A stretch of 64,000 nucleotides of DNA from Rebecca billardiae RCC1528 (taxonomy: Eukaryota > Protista > Haptophyta): NCBI GenBank assembly GCA_965240325.2, contig OZ251244.1:1351379-1415378 (forward strand), read 5' to 3'. Below are positions 32,384 to 43,404 of this stretch, piece after piece. A model generated the notes under the pieces. The model was given only the letters and a program-made list of their open reading frames with translations, made no database searches and was not told the DNA's origin. A program made the translations under genes and the position numbers. Every line of letters begins with the position of its first letter. Positions within the stretch are counted from its first letter, which is position 1.

Positions 32384-34411
32384 TATACATATATATATAT
32401 ATAACTGATCAGATTGACGACGATCATCGGCTGTCCGTAAGATCGATGACGGTGCTGGGAGCGCAATATGCGCCGCCGCCGGTATCAACAGCACTCCTGC
32501 CTGCCATTCGGCGGCCCGAGCCAGGGCCGGGCCGAGCTCAAGTCCGGCTGCCATCTAGTGGCCACCCCAGTCTGTTCTTGCGGTCATTGCGCGGTGCCAC
32601 GCCAGGGGCTTATAGTCGAGCCTGCTCTGATGTGCGCGGCGCACAACGACCCCGAACTGAATAGGTGGGTCCCTGGCGATTTTCCAGCGGTCTTTTAAAC
32701 ATTTACCGGGTTTTCTGGCCGGATTTCTTTTCGCGCGGGGCGCGGCTCGGGAAAATCGCCGGGCCGCCGGCCGAGGTCCGATCTGAACGCTCCCGACGAT
32801 GTCGGAGCGCCTCTCCAGCGCGACCGAGCCGCCGTGTGTCGGGTAGACCACAGCCAACACCTATCGCGCGCTCCAGCGCTTTGCGCGTGCTCACGGATGG
32901 GATCCGTGGTCACACATCCCCCGCCTGGCACGTGCCCGCATGTTTGACTCTCGCCCGGCTAGACGCGTACAGACAACTTGAATCGATCGGCGGGTGTTCG
33001 ACCCGTGCCTTCGAGCAGGGTCAGTTTTTGCCACATGCGGGTCAGGCGACGGGAGGCATGGGCCAGTGTCGTGCACGGGCATGCTCTTGACGCTCCCGCC
33101 ATCTTGAGCAGCTCAACGCACCGTGAAGGTGACATTTGGGCTGTGCGCAAGCTGCTCGTGAGAACGCACGACAGCCAGCCCCGGGCTCTCGGGGAGCCAT
33201 GTGAGCGATTGGCGACTTCCGAGAGGGCGTGTTTGGTGGGGGTTGGTACCAATCATCGACCAGCAGGCCTAGGATGGGTGCACTGAGGACTTGGGATGCT
33301 GAGAAGCCGCCGCGATGTGCGGCGAGCACGCCGACTTGCCATCCGTGTGCAAGATCCAGCGCCAGGAAGATCAGCAGGGCCTTTGACAGCGGCAGCAGGC
33401 GCTCAGCGATCCTTCCCTATGCCGAGTGTGGGCATAGTATGCGGTGCTCGAGGGTGGTCGCAGGATATGGGTCCATTCTTGACAGAACGCGGTCGCGTTG
33501 ACAGGCGCGGGTGCCACCCCACGCTGTTGCTCCTGCCATTGGGTGGTCCCACTCGTTCCGCTTGTGGTCTGCGAAGACTCGTACTCAGCAACTCTACGGC
33601 TAGGCGTAGTAGACCCCTCAGACGCATGTCTGATGATTGCCCGGCACGTTCTCGTCGTCACGTTGGGTGTACTTGAGCGAGCGGAAGCCGCAACGTGATG
33701 GCTAGGCCAGCAGCTCAACCATCTGACGTCTCGCCGGCCAACTGGCTGAGTGCTCTCAGCCTAGCAGCAGCGTCGGTGAACCTATCGTATTGCTGCCTGG
33801 CGAGAAGATGGTAGGAGGCATCGTCGGCGGCATGGGCTGCAGCTGCGGTAGTCATGGACTGGTGGCGGCCTCACGCGGGTGGGCATACGACGACCGGTGA
33901 CACGCGGAGTACGAGCACGGAAGCCGCCGAACGCGGCAAGCTCCGGCGGTGGCGTTGGCTGATAGTCCAGCCTCGACGGCGGAGGGCTCCCGTGTGACGA
34001 CGGTGGCATGCTCGGTGGCGGGCGATGGTGTGTGCCTCGGCACGCAGCCCGCCACAAACACTGCCACTCGCGCGCAGGCAGTCCGGTTGCGGCCCGGGTT
34101 GCCTGTGTCCGCGTCGCTGGCGGCGCCTATTCGATGACCCAACAAACGTACCCACATATATCGGAACGAATTTGAATACATAGTGAACCGCATCCACGGT
34201 CAATATAAAGTGGGTAACACTCATACTATATACGGGTAAGTGGCTATATATGAAGTGGGTAATATGCTCTATCTAGGGGGTCCATGACAGCAGCCCACTG
34301 ATTTGTGATTTTCGACAACTATGCGATTTAGGTGTCTGACGAGCGAGGCGCTTGCGAAGGCACCCACAAATATGTCCCGGAACCCAGCCCAGCCGTCAGA
34401 AGCACGCAATA

Positions 34412-36340
34412 CCAGGTCGTTCCCCCTGCACTGGGAATCCGCGGTTTCGCACTATTCAGAGCACGAGGCCGCGGCATAGCAACGCAGATTTATTCTTCCG
34501 CTTGCTCTATCAGACCACTTGAACGATCTAATCGAGGTTTCCAATTGAAAATGACGAAAGTACATCCATCCATTAGAGAACCCAAATCCCGAGCGCGGCA
34601 AAGCCGTGGAACGCAGTAATCAGCCTCGTCAGCGATAGTCCGCTCACGAAATCGAGGCGCTGGAAATGAGTTCTTCGCGTGCAACCGCGGAGGCGGGAGC
34701 CCTCCCGCGGGTGCGGAGCACCGATTCTGACCCGCCCCCTGCGCCTGCGGCCGGGCGGCGAGTGCGATGCAGCTGGCCCGGCGCTGGGGGGCGCGGATGT
34801 GCTTGCGGAGCCGGCGTGCGTGGACGGGCTGTTGCGGGAGAGTATCTGCCGCCCTCCTGCGCCGCGCGACTTGCGCCACGCCTCTTTCGCCTCGGCTCAG
34901 GGCAGCGCGCACGCGCGCGCCGCCTCCGGGGCCAGCCTTCGGCCTGCGCCGCAGCCGACCGCGCGCGCGCCGTGCGCGGCGTGGTCGGGAAGGAACGGGC
35001 GCGGCTGCCGGGCGAGATGGCGATATCATGTGCGCACGCCATGCCGCCCCGCCACGCCTTGCCGAGCGTGTCGCTGGTCCATTTGCACGCCTCTTCGAGT
35101 TGTCACAAATGGTGTGCACGCGGCCAATCGCGGTCGTGACCGCTGGGGGCCGCGCCCGGGCCAGGGCGCTGCGGGCGCGGATGTGCTTGCGGAGCCGGCG
35201 TGCGTGGACGGGCTGTTGTGGGAGAGTATCTGCCGCCCTCCTGCACCGCGCGACTTGCGCCACGCCTCTTTCGCCTCGGCTCAGGGCAGCGCGCACGCGG
35301 CGCGTCGCCTCAAGGCCAGCCTTGCCTGCGCCGCAGCCGACCGCGTGCGCGCCGTGCGCGGCGTGGTCGGGAAGGAACGGGCACGGCTGCCGGGCGAGAT
35401 GGCGATATCATGTGCGCACGCCATGCCGCCCCGCCACGCCTTGCCGAGCGTGTCGCTGGTCCGTTTGCACGCCTCTTCGAGTTGTCACACTATGAATGGT
35501 GTGCCACGGCCTCGCGGTCGTGACCCTTGCCGGGACGATCATTGAGACACAGAACAGTGCCAAGCGGGCACGCGGGATACTCTTACATGAATGTTCATCA
35601 CCACGTGGTCGTGTAGAAGTGCTGGGTGCGACGCTTTCCTCGCGCGGATGCACTTTCATCATCTTCTTCGAGCTCCGAGGTCTGGCTTCAGGCACGACAA
35701 GAAATCAGCACTCGTCAACAGCTGTGCGGATCCGTTATCGTGCCCTTTCGCGGCGCCGCGGGGCGGCATGGCGTGCGCACATGATGTCGTCATCTCGCCC
35801 GGCAGCACCCCCCGTTCCTTCCCGACCACGCCGCGCACGGCGCGCGCGCGGTTGCGGCTGCGGCGCGGGCACGGTGCGGCCCTGGCCTCCGAGGCGGCGC
35901 GCGCGTGCGCGCTGCCCTGAGCCGCGGCGAAAAGAGGCGTGGCGCGAGACGCGCGGCGCAGGAGGGCGCCATATACTCTCCCGCAACAGCCTGTCCACGC
36001 AAGCCGGCTCCGCGAGCACATCCGCGCCCGCAGCGCCGTGCCCCGGGCGCGCCGGCCGCCAACGGCGCTCGGCCGCCTTCGCCTGCCCGCCCTGCCGCCG
36101 AGGGCAAAGGTCAAGATTTGGTCGGCCCTCGCCTGCCGAGCCGCCACCGGCCGGGGGCTCCCTGCACCATCTATCTCATTGCGGCTCAATTTTGGGATTG
36201 CGAGACCAGCTCATCGATTGACGCACATCCGCACCCGCGAGACCTGAAAATCTTATTCGCGGGTAGCGACGGGTGCGTCCTGCGGCTGTTTTTCTCGTAT
36301 GTCCAAACCGCGGATTCCCAGTGCAGGGGGAACGACCTGG
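34412..36340. mobile_element. Element D: foldback/MITE-like element with perfect 36-bp TIRs and TA TSD, inserted in C
   Basis: CCAGGTCGTTCCCCCTGCACTGGGAATCCGCGGTTT at 34412-34447 and its exact reverse complement at 36305-36340, TA on both sides (Tc1/mariner-type target). Internal ~370-bp direct duplication (~34790-35140, ~35175-35525) and an inverted copy (~35755-36030). Confidence 0.9.
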
Positions 36341-37024
36341 TAAACCGACTCCGCGTGCCGTCACGCGGTCGTGCGCGCGCGCCAGCTGCGCCACTGTGTC
36401 ACATACAGATTCAGCCAAACGTCAACGACTTGTTATGGCGGCTAAATGACGGTATATCGTCGAACATACTTATTCATAACCGTTGCAACCCGCCCAAATA
36501 AAATTACGGTGGAATTGCTGATTTTTAGAAGGCACGATGAGTGCGCGTAGAGGGCGAGGAAAAACTACTCCAAGATCGAGCATGTTACCCATTTAATTAG
36601 AGACATGTACCCGTATATATGCGCATATCTACCCGTTTATTATATAACGCGGGTGCGGTTTAAATATATATTCAGGGTGCTGTCAATATGGGGGTACCTT
36701 GTTCACTATTCGTGCCGGGTCATCCGAATAGGCCGCGCCGCCGCGCGGAGACCGCGGGCTCATGCCACTCGAACCGTGCCGCAGCAGGCCCGGACGGACC
36801 TGATGCGGGCGGCGGGCTGCGTGCCGAAGCACACTACCAAGCCCACCTCTGAGCATGCCACCATCCCCATAGTCGTGAGAGAGTCCTCCGCCATCGAGGC
36901 TTGCGTGCGCAGACTAGCAGTCGCCGCCGCCGAGCTTGCCGCGGTCCGTTCGGCGACTTCCGTGCCCGTGCTCTGTGTCACCGGCGTCGTCGCCGTTCGT
37001 CGTACCCTAGCCCACGCGAGGGCG

Positions 37025-38352
37025 TCACCGGTCCACCAGTACTGCGGCGGACTGCGCGCGCTTCGCCGCGCGCTCGCCCTCGAGCTCCGGTGCTCTCCTC
37101 TCGCGCTCGAACTCGGCGCAGTCGGCAGCCATGGCAGCCCGCTCGGCCGCAGCTCGATCTGTGCCCCCGCGCGCTCTGCGCTCGGTTGCGTTGGCGCGCA
37201 AGCTGGCGCGCGCAGCGTCGGCGACGGCGCGCGCGATCGCCTTGCGCGACGAGTTCAGCTCCACCTGCTGCTCCGTCAGGCGCACCTGCTGCTCCAAGAT
37301 GATCGCGTGCTCAGCAGGAGTCACGCGCTGCTCGTGCAGCTGCACCTGCACGCGGCCTGCTGCGGACGCGCGCGGCGCGCTGGCGTCGGGGGGCGAGTAG
37401 AGGTCGCGGAAGGGGCAGCTGTCGTCGCCGGCGCCCAGCGACGTGTCGTCGACATCCAGCTCCGCCTTCCTCTCCGCCGCCGACGCGCCCTGCTTCCGGC
37501 TCAGGATGCGCTCCATGTCCTCGTGCTTGCCCTTCCACCACCTGTGCACGGTCATCAGCCAGATGCCGATCACCTCCAGCAGCGGCGAGTCGTGGCGCAA
37601 CGAGATGCCGAGCGCATCCACGCAGACGAGCGTGAGCGCCTTGGGCTTCTTCGTCCGACCGTCGCGCGCGGTCTGGGCGCACGCAGGGGTGAACACTCTG
37701 ACCAACGGCTTGTGCTTCTTCAAGTTCTCAAGCATGAGCTCCACGAGACCACGAGCGTGCGGAGGAGGTCGAGGAGCATGAAGTCGAGCACCGATGCGTA
37801 CCGCGGGCGAGTGCCGGCCACGCGCCAGCTGGTCGAAGGCTGTAGCACGTGGATGGCGCGCGCCGCCACCGCCGTCTCCTCGAGCTGCTGCGCGCTGACG
37901 TTGACGTCAGGCCGTAGCTCGGGCCTGCACGGTTGCTCACAGTCGAGGCCGTCCGCGGAGGAGGCGAGCCCCTCGGCGGTGCCGGCAGGGACCTCGGGCG
38001 GGTCGCACACACCCATGGGCACGCGTGCATCATCATCTGCCGCGCCCTGGACCTCGTCATGCCCGGCACAGCGGTCCGCAAGTTGGTCGGCGGCAGCTGG
38101 CCCTTGCGGCAGAGGCGTCGCGGGCACGTCCGAGGGCGAGATGGCAGCGACGGGTGGGGAAGGAGACAGTGTCCAGTCGTTGTCGATGCCCATCCCACCA
38201 TATTGCGCATGTTCGTCTCCGTATTGCTCTCCTGCACGTGCTCCCAGGACGCGCTCCTTGGTCGCGAGCAGCACACGTCGAGCACGCAGATTCAAATGAT
38301 GAAGCACGAGCGTCGTTTGGCCAGCGACTCCCAGCGAGAGCCCGGTCCACAC
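37025..38352 (-). pseudogene. Frameshifted or split ORF of unknown function carried by element C
   Basis: Two overlapping ORFs (37720-38352, 37025-37744) with protein-like composition (YASVLDFMLLDLLRT; LLEVIGIWLMTVHRWWKGKHEDMERIL; coiled-coil-like EQQVRLTEQQVEL). No DDE motif recognised. Confidence 0.45.
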
Positions 38353-39356
38353 GAACCGTGGCTACGTGTCCGTGTCCACCGAGTCGCTCGGCGAGGCGCC
38401 TGCGCCGATGTGGGCGCGCCCAATGGCGAGCGGACGGCCGTCGACGAGGGCCATCAGCCTTGCCGACCCCGTTCAGAGCTCCGCTCCCGCGCCGGGCCGA
38501 GCCGAGCGCGGATTTGGAATCTGCCGATCGCGAAAACACGCCGAACAAGTTCTGAAAAGGAAAAGAAAAGAAATCAAAACTCGATTTAATCAGATGGACC
38601 CCCTACTCTATCTTGCTGTAGTTTGTTGGAGGTATCAGCGCACAGCATAGAGCCCCACTCTTTGCTTCATAAAATGGTTCGGTCGGGTGTCAACGGTTGT
38701 CAATAAGTAATTTCGATCGCATGTCGCCATCTAGCCACCATAACCATGAAGTAACGCTTCGCAAAATCTCTATGTGACAAGCTACTGGCGCGGCGCGCGC
38801 GCGCTCGGCCGCGCGACGGCACGCGGAGTAGGTTTTGAGGTCGAAACTTTTGCTCCGCCCCGATGGGACGCATTTATAGCGTCGATTCTGGGTGAGAGAC
38901 AAAAGCTAGGACGTCATTCTGAGTGCGCCAGAATATCGCCCCAGTTGGGAGGGACCCACCTATTAAACTGAAGTTACTCCGGCATGTGATGCTCTGCCTG
39001 GGCCTTAGGCAAATAAAAAATTATTAGGCGCAAGGCCGGTTGGCGGCGCCGGCGGCTGACTGCAGGACGGCCGCCAATAGTCGGGAGAACTGGCGGCGGC
39101 GGTCTTTTCACGACATATATATCAGGCTCCGAGCGAACCGGCGACGCAGCCCAGTGCCTCTCGCTCACTCGCAGCCGGAACGCGGCCGGGAAGTGCCCAC
39201 TGGCATGCCGATGGCTGCAGCTGTACCGGTTAGTTCTGCCTGAACCGTGGGCCCTGCCATCTTCCGGTGACTGCCCGCCGCTCATGCGCACGATGGTGCT
39301 TCGGGCCGCCTTGCTCTCGTGCAGGCTTGGCGGCTCTCTAGCTGCGCCTTCCAAGC

Positions 39357-39571
<215 letters not shown>

Positions 39572-39688
39572 CGGTCGGCGCCGACCGCGACCGCAGCTGC
39601 GCGCGCCGATATTAAGCAGCTGCTCCGGGCCCGTGGCCGTTGCCGTTGCGGACGGACAGCGACGCAGATGGCCTGTGCGCGCGCGCCC

Positions 39689-41150
39689 TCAGCCAGAGCC
39701 GCCGCCCCTACTGCCCGTGGCGGCTGCGCCCGAGGCCGCTCGTGCCCAGCGCAGCAGCAGCTCGCCGAGCCGCCTCCGCCTGGTGCTGTTGCTGATCACG
39801 CTGGTGACGCCGCGCGTGTTGGCGTGCGCCTTCTGCCCGAACAGCCCCGCCTCGGAGGGCCGGCCCTTCGCCTTGTCGATCGGGCGGTGCGGCAGCACGT
39901 ACACGTGCCTGCGGAAGCCGAGCATGTCGACCGCGTAGAAGAAGGACACCTGCTCGCGCATCGAGAAGTGCGCCACCTCGTTGAACCAGACGCACTCGAA
40001 CGCGCGGAGCAGCATGGGCGGCGAGGGCAGCGGCAGGCCGCTGTGCGGCCGCCCGCGCTCGTTCCGCTGCTGCGCGAGCACCACTGCGTCGATCATGCCC
40101 GGCTGGTTGTTGTAGTGCCCCTCGGCCGCGTACGCCGCGCGCGCGCGGTCAATGTCCTTCAGGTCCTCGTGCCAGCGCGGCCGCTTCTGGAAGCGCACGC
40201 GCACCTGGCCGCGGAGGGCCGCGGGCAGAGGGGTTGGGTTGGGCACGGGTGGGGGTGGGCAGCGCACACGCGCGCGCACGGGGTGGGCGAGCGCGCGCGT
40301 CCGCCCCAGGCCGCCCTCACCCCGCGCCCACACAGCCCCCAGGCCGCCCTCTCCCTCCCCCTCGCACCTTGTTGTACTCGGCCTCGAGCTCCGGGTAGAG
40401 GCTCCACGGGTGCTGCAGCACCACCGAGGGCAGCTTCGTCAGCCGCGTCAGCTGGGCGAGCGTGGCGGAGATCGTGGCGTTGAGCTTGGCCTTGCCGTCC
40501 GCGTACAGCACGCGGCTCGCGTTCGGGAACAGCGCGAGCATCGTCGCCTTGAACGAGTGCGCGACGCGCGCGGGTCCGGGGAAGATGGGCGCGGCCGGCA
40601 GCGCGAACCGAAACCAGCTGCCGGGCGGCGCGTCGAGGGCGCGGCGGCCGTCGGCGGGCGGCACGTTGACGGGCTCGAGGAGCGCGATCGCGCACACGCC
40701 CCGCGCCCCCTCGCCCGCCTCCGGCAGCAGCGGCGACAGGTTGTCCGAGCCCGCCGTCACGACCGTGAAGAGCACCGTCTCGCAGCCGGACGTGGCGCGG
40801 TGCAGGGCGGCGAGCCACGCCTGCGCGGCCGCGGACTCGAAGCCGCAGAAGGCGCGCGGCGCGCCCGGCGGCGCGCTCGCGGCGGGCGTGGGCGAGAGCA
40901 GCGCCGCGCACGCGCGGCCGCGCCACGTGTGCGCGGGGTACGCCTGCAGCACGCACAGCTGCGCGAGCGCGAGCGTCTCGTTGCGGCGCTGCGGCGAGAG
41001 GCAGCCGTGGAAGGTGCGCTCGCAGCCGGCGGGCGCGCGCGAGAAGTCGCCAGGCCGCGCGGGGCGCGCGCCGAGCGCGAGGCCGAGGCAGCACCAGCAG
41101 TGGCACACGCGGCCGAGGCGCCGCATCGGCGCCGTGCTCGTCGTCGCCAT
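39689..41150 (-). CDS. DUF616 (TOD1/MUCI70-type) glycosyltransferase-like protein, 2 exons (intron 40205-40367)
   Basis: [14 protein letters not shown]...[28 protein letters not shown] and [21 protein letters not shown] match the DUF616 pattern (Y.DGK...WFNEV..F..RDQ.SF). In-frame GT-AG intron. Confidence 0.8.
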
Positions 41151-41387
41151 ACCCGTCGTCGTCGCGAAATCGAGATCTGAATCCGCTTCGTCGGTCTGTC
41201 ATCAATTACGACGACTACATTTAAATTCCCCTTTATAACGGGCTCCGGGTGATCAGACTGGCGGCCGAAGCCTCCAGCCCTACCCTGGCCAGCCCCCGTG
41301 CAGCAGCAATTGCCGCCACTATTACGTACGATCAATTAATACTGCTCATCGGCATCAATCGAAATCGTAAGTAGCATCGTCGTCCTA

Positions 41388-42941
41388 TTATTCTCCGGCC
41401 CCGCTGCCAGCATCGCGTCCATTCGGGCACAGGGACGGAGCGCGCCTGGGCCACATGGCAGTGGTGCTGTCGCTGTCGAGGTGGCCAGCCGGCTGAGCCC
41501 CCTGCTTGCTCGACGCAGGCGCTCGTGTAGTCGCGGGCCGCTTCTTGCCGAGGAAGATGACGCGGTCCAGCTCTGCCGGCAGCGGGGCGAACGGGTTTCG
41601 CCGCGCGGCGCCGAGCACGTCGGCGAACGCGTCGGCGAGCAGCGCCGCGAAGCGCTCGTACTCGTCGATGGTCACGCCCTCCTTGTCAAGCAGCGCGCGC
41701 AGCGCACGCTTCTCTTGCTCGGCGTCGCACAGCGGCTGCTCCCGCGGCACGTTCGAGCTCTCGAGCAGCCGGCGCAGCGCTGCGCTCAGCTCCGCTGGCT
41801 GGTAGCCGCAGTCCCACGCCGCCTGGTCGCCGTCCAGCAGGGAGAACGCCCCTGCAAGAGCGTCGCCGCCCTTCGGGCCGAACGCCAGCACGAAGCGCGC
41901 CACGAGCTCCGCGTGCGCGCTGCGATCAGCCGCGTCCCGCCCCTCGGGGCGCTCAGCGCCATCCGCCCCGGGCGGCAGCGGCGTGCGCGCACCGAGCTCG
42001 TGCACCAGCCCCACCAGCGCTGCGGTCGAGAGGTTGTACTGCGCGACGAAGACGCGCGCGCCGGGGTGCGAGCTCGGCTGGCCGGCGCGGCGTGCCGCGA
42101 CGGCGTGCGCGTGCGCGAGGTGCTTCGTCATCATGTTGGCGAGCGAGCGCGTGGCGACGTGCAGCACCGCCGAGTGCCGGAACGGCCGCTGGCTGTGGGG
42201 GAAGCCTGCGCGCGCGCGCTTGTCGCCCTGGACCTTCACCGCGCCCTCGAAGTGGGTGTAGAAGTAGCGAGCCTTGGTGAGGACGAAGCGGTGCGAATCG
42301 TACTGCCGACCAATCGCGTCTGCGCGCGCCATCTGCCGCACGAGGACGCCCTGCACGGGCTGGGCCGCGAGGACGGCCGGCGCCATCGCCTGCGCGCAGT
42401 GCGGCCGCGCGTCGTGCGCGACCGCCCAGCGGAAGTGCATCGAGGCGAGCCTCCGCTGCTCCTGCTCCGGCCGCCCCGCGCGCACGGCGTCCACGTACTC
42501 CTGGATCGTCGGCCGCGAGAGCACGAGGAACTCGTCCGAGTCGATGGTCAGCACCCAGTCGCGCGCGCTGCGCGTGTACACGTGCTGGGTGAACGCCCGG
42601 TCCTGCAGCAGCGCGTCGCCCTTGTCCTCCGGCGCGGCGAGGACGAGCAGCTTGCCCGATGGGTGCGGCGCGTACGTGTTGTTCATCGCCGCATCCGACT
42701 GGATCGCCACGACGCGGTCGAAGCCGAGGCCGACGTACCAGTCCACAAAGTGGTGCAGGTACGGCGTGTCGAAGTGCAGACGCGTCAGGACCGTGAAGCG
42801 CTCGCGTTGCTCCGGCTGCGGCGGTGGCGCCGCTGCCCCCGGCTGCTCGGAGCCGAGCGCGCCGAGAACGAGCATGGCCACCAGTGTGAAGGTCGCCGCG
42901 CTCGACCACGAGCGCACAGCCTCGCGAGCAGCAGCAGCCAT
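41388..42941 (-). CDS. Type II membrane glycosyltransferase (GT92 / GT2-like)
   Basis: N-terminal TM segment; DTPYLHHFVDWYVGLGFDRVV and DWVLTIDSDEFLVL (DxD) motifs. Start 42941 or 42980. Confidence 0.8.
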   Translation of the reverse strand: MAAAAREAVRSWSSAATFTLVAMLVLGALGSEQPGAAAPPPQPEQRERFTVLTRLHFDTPYLHHFVDWYVGLGFDRVVAIQSDAAMNNTYAPHPSGKLLVLAAPEDKGDALLQDRAFTQHVYTRSARDWVLTIDSDEFLVLSRPTIQEYVDAVRAGRPEQEQRRLASMHFRWAVAHDARPHCAQAMAPAVLAAQPVQGVLVRQMARADAIGRQYDSHRFVLTKARYFYTHFEGAVKVQGDKRARAGFPHSQRPFRHSAVLHVATRSLANMMTKHLAHAHAVAARRAGQPSSHPGARVFVAQYNLSTAALVGLVHELGARTPLPPGADGAERPEGRDAADRSAHAELVARFVLAFGPKGGDALAGAFSLLDGDQAAWDCGYQPAELSAALRRLLESSNVPREQPLCDAEQEKRALRALLDKEGVTIDEYERFAALLADAFADVLGAARRNPFAPLPAELDRVIFLGKKRPATTRAPASSKQGAQPAGHLDSDSTTAMWPRRAPSLCPNGRDAGSGAGE

Positions 42942-43274
42942 CGTGGACGGCAAGGTGGCGACCGGCACATGCACTGACACTGTCCACTATCAGTGTATGT
43001 ACGTATTGTACTACCGAACGAAGTTGAAAGTACACTGCAGTGACAGTAGTGTACATATATATATATATATAGTACTCGCGCGTACATCAAGTACGGTACT
43101 ACGACATGTACTACCTGAACATTGCTGCTGACTACGACCGTTTATTGTATATAATATATATATATAATAACATCAAAGAAGAACATAAGCGGCGCCAGTC
43201 TCGCGCAAGTCACAGCAGTCTGACGGACGGCCACGCTGCGCACAGCCCGTGCCGGCGTGCCCCGTCCGTGGGCC

Positions 43275-43368
43275 TCAGCGCCGGCCGAGCGCCGGCGCGC
43301 GGCCGGCCGCGGCCGCAGCCAGTGCCCCGCTGCCGCGCCGCTCGCGCGCGCCGCCGCCACCGAGCGCG

Positions 43369-43404
<36 letters not shown>

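Larger units (their letters stand above)
34274..38605. mobile_element. Element C: TIR transposon related to B, inserted in B in opposite orientation with a 7-bp TSD
   Basis: 12-bp TIR TAGGGGGTCCAT / ATGGACCCCCTA. CTCTATC direct repeat on both flanks (34267-34273, 38606-38612). TAGG start and a 7-8 bp TSD are hAT-like, but the superfamily is not established. Confidence 0.85.
32662..38962. mobile_element. Element B: outer TIR transposon (TAGGTGGGTCCC termini), host of elements C and D
   Basis: Perfect inverted repeat AATAGGTGGGTCCC (32660-32673) / GGGACCCACCTATT (38951-38964). With C removed, 34110-34273 + 38613-38840 is continuously homologous (inverted) to 36343-36750 of element C. Confidence 0.75.

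Noticed and set aside
32900-33950. Transposase remnant inside element B
   Set aside because: Only short stop-interrupted frames; no convincing catalytic or zinc-finger motif.
32655-38972. AACTGAA as a clean TSD for element B
   Set aside because: Present on both flanks but offset by 3 nt on the right; suggestive only.
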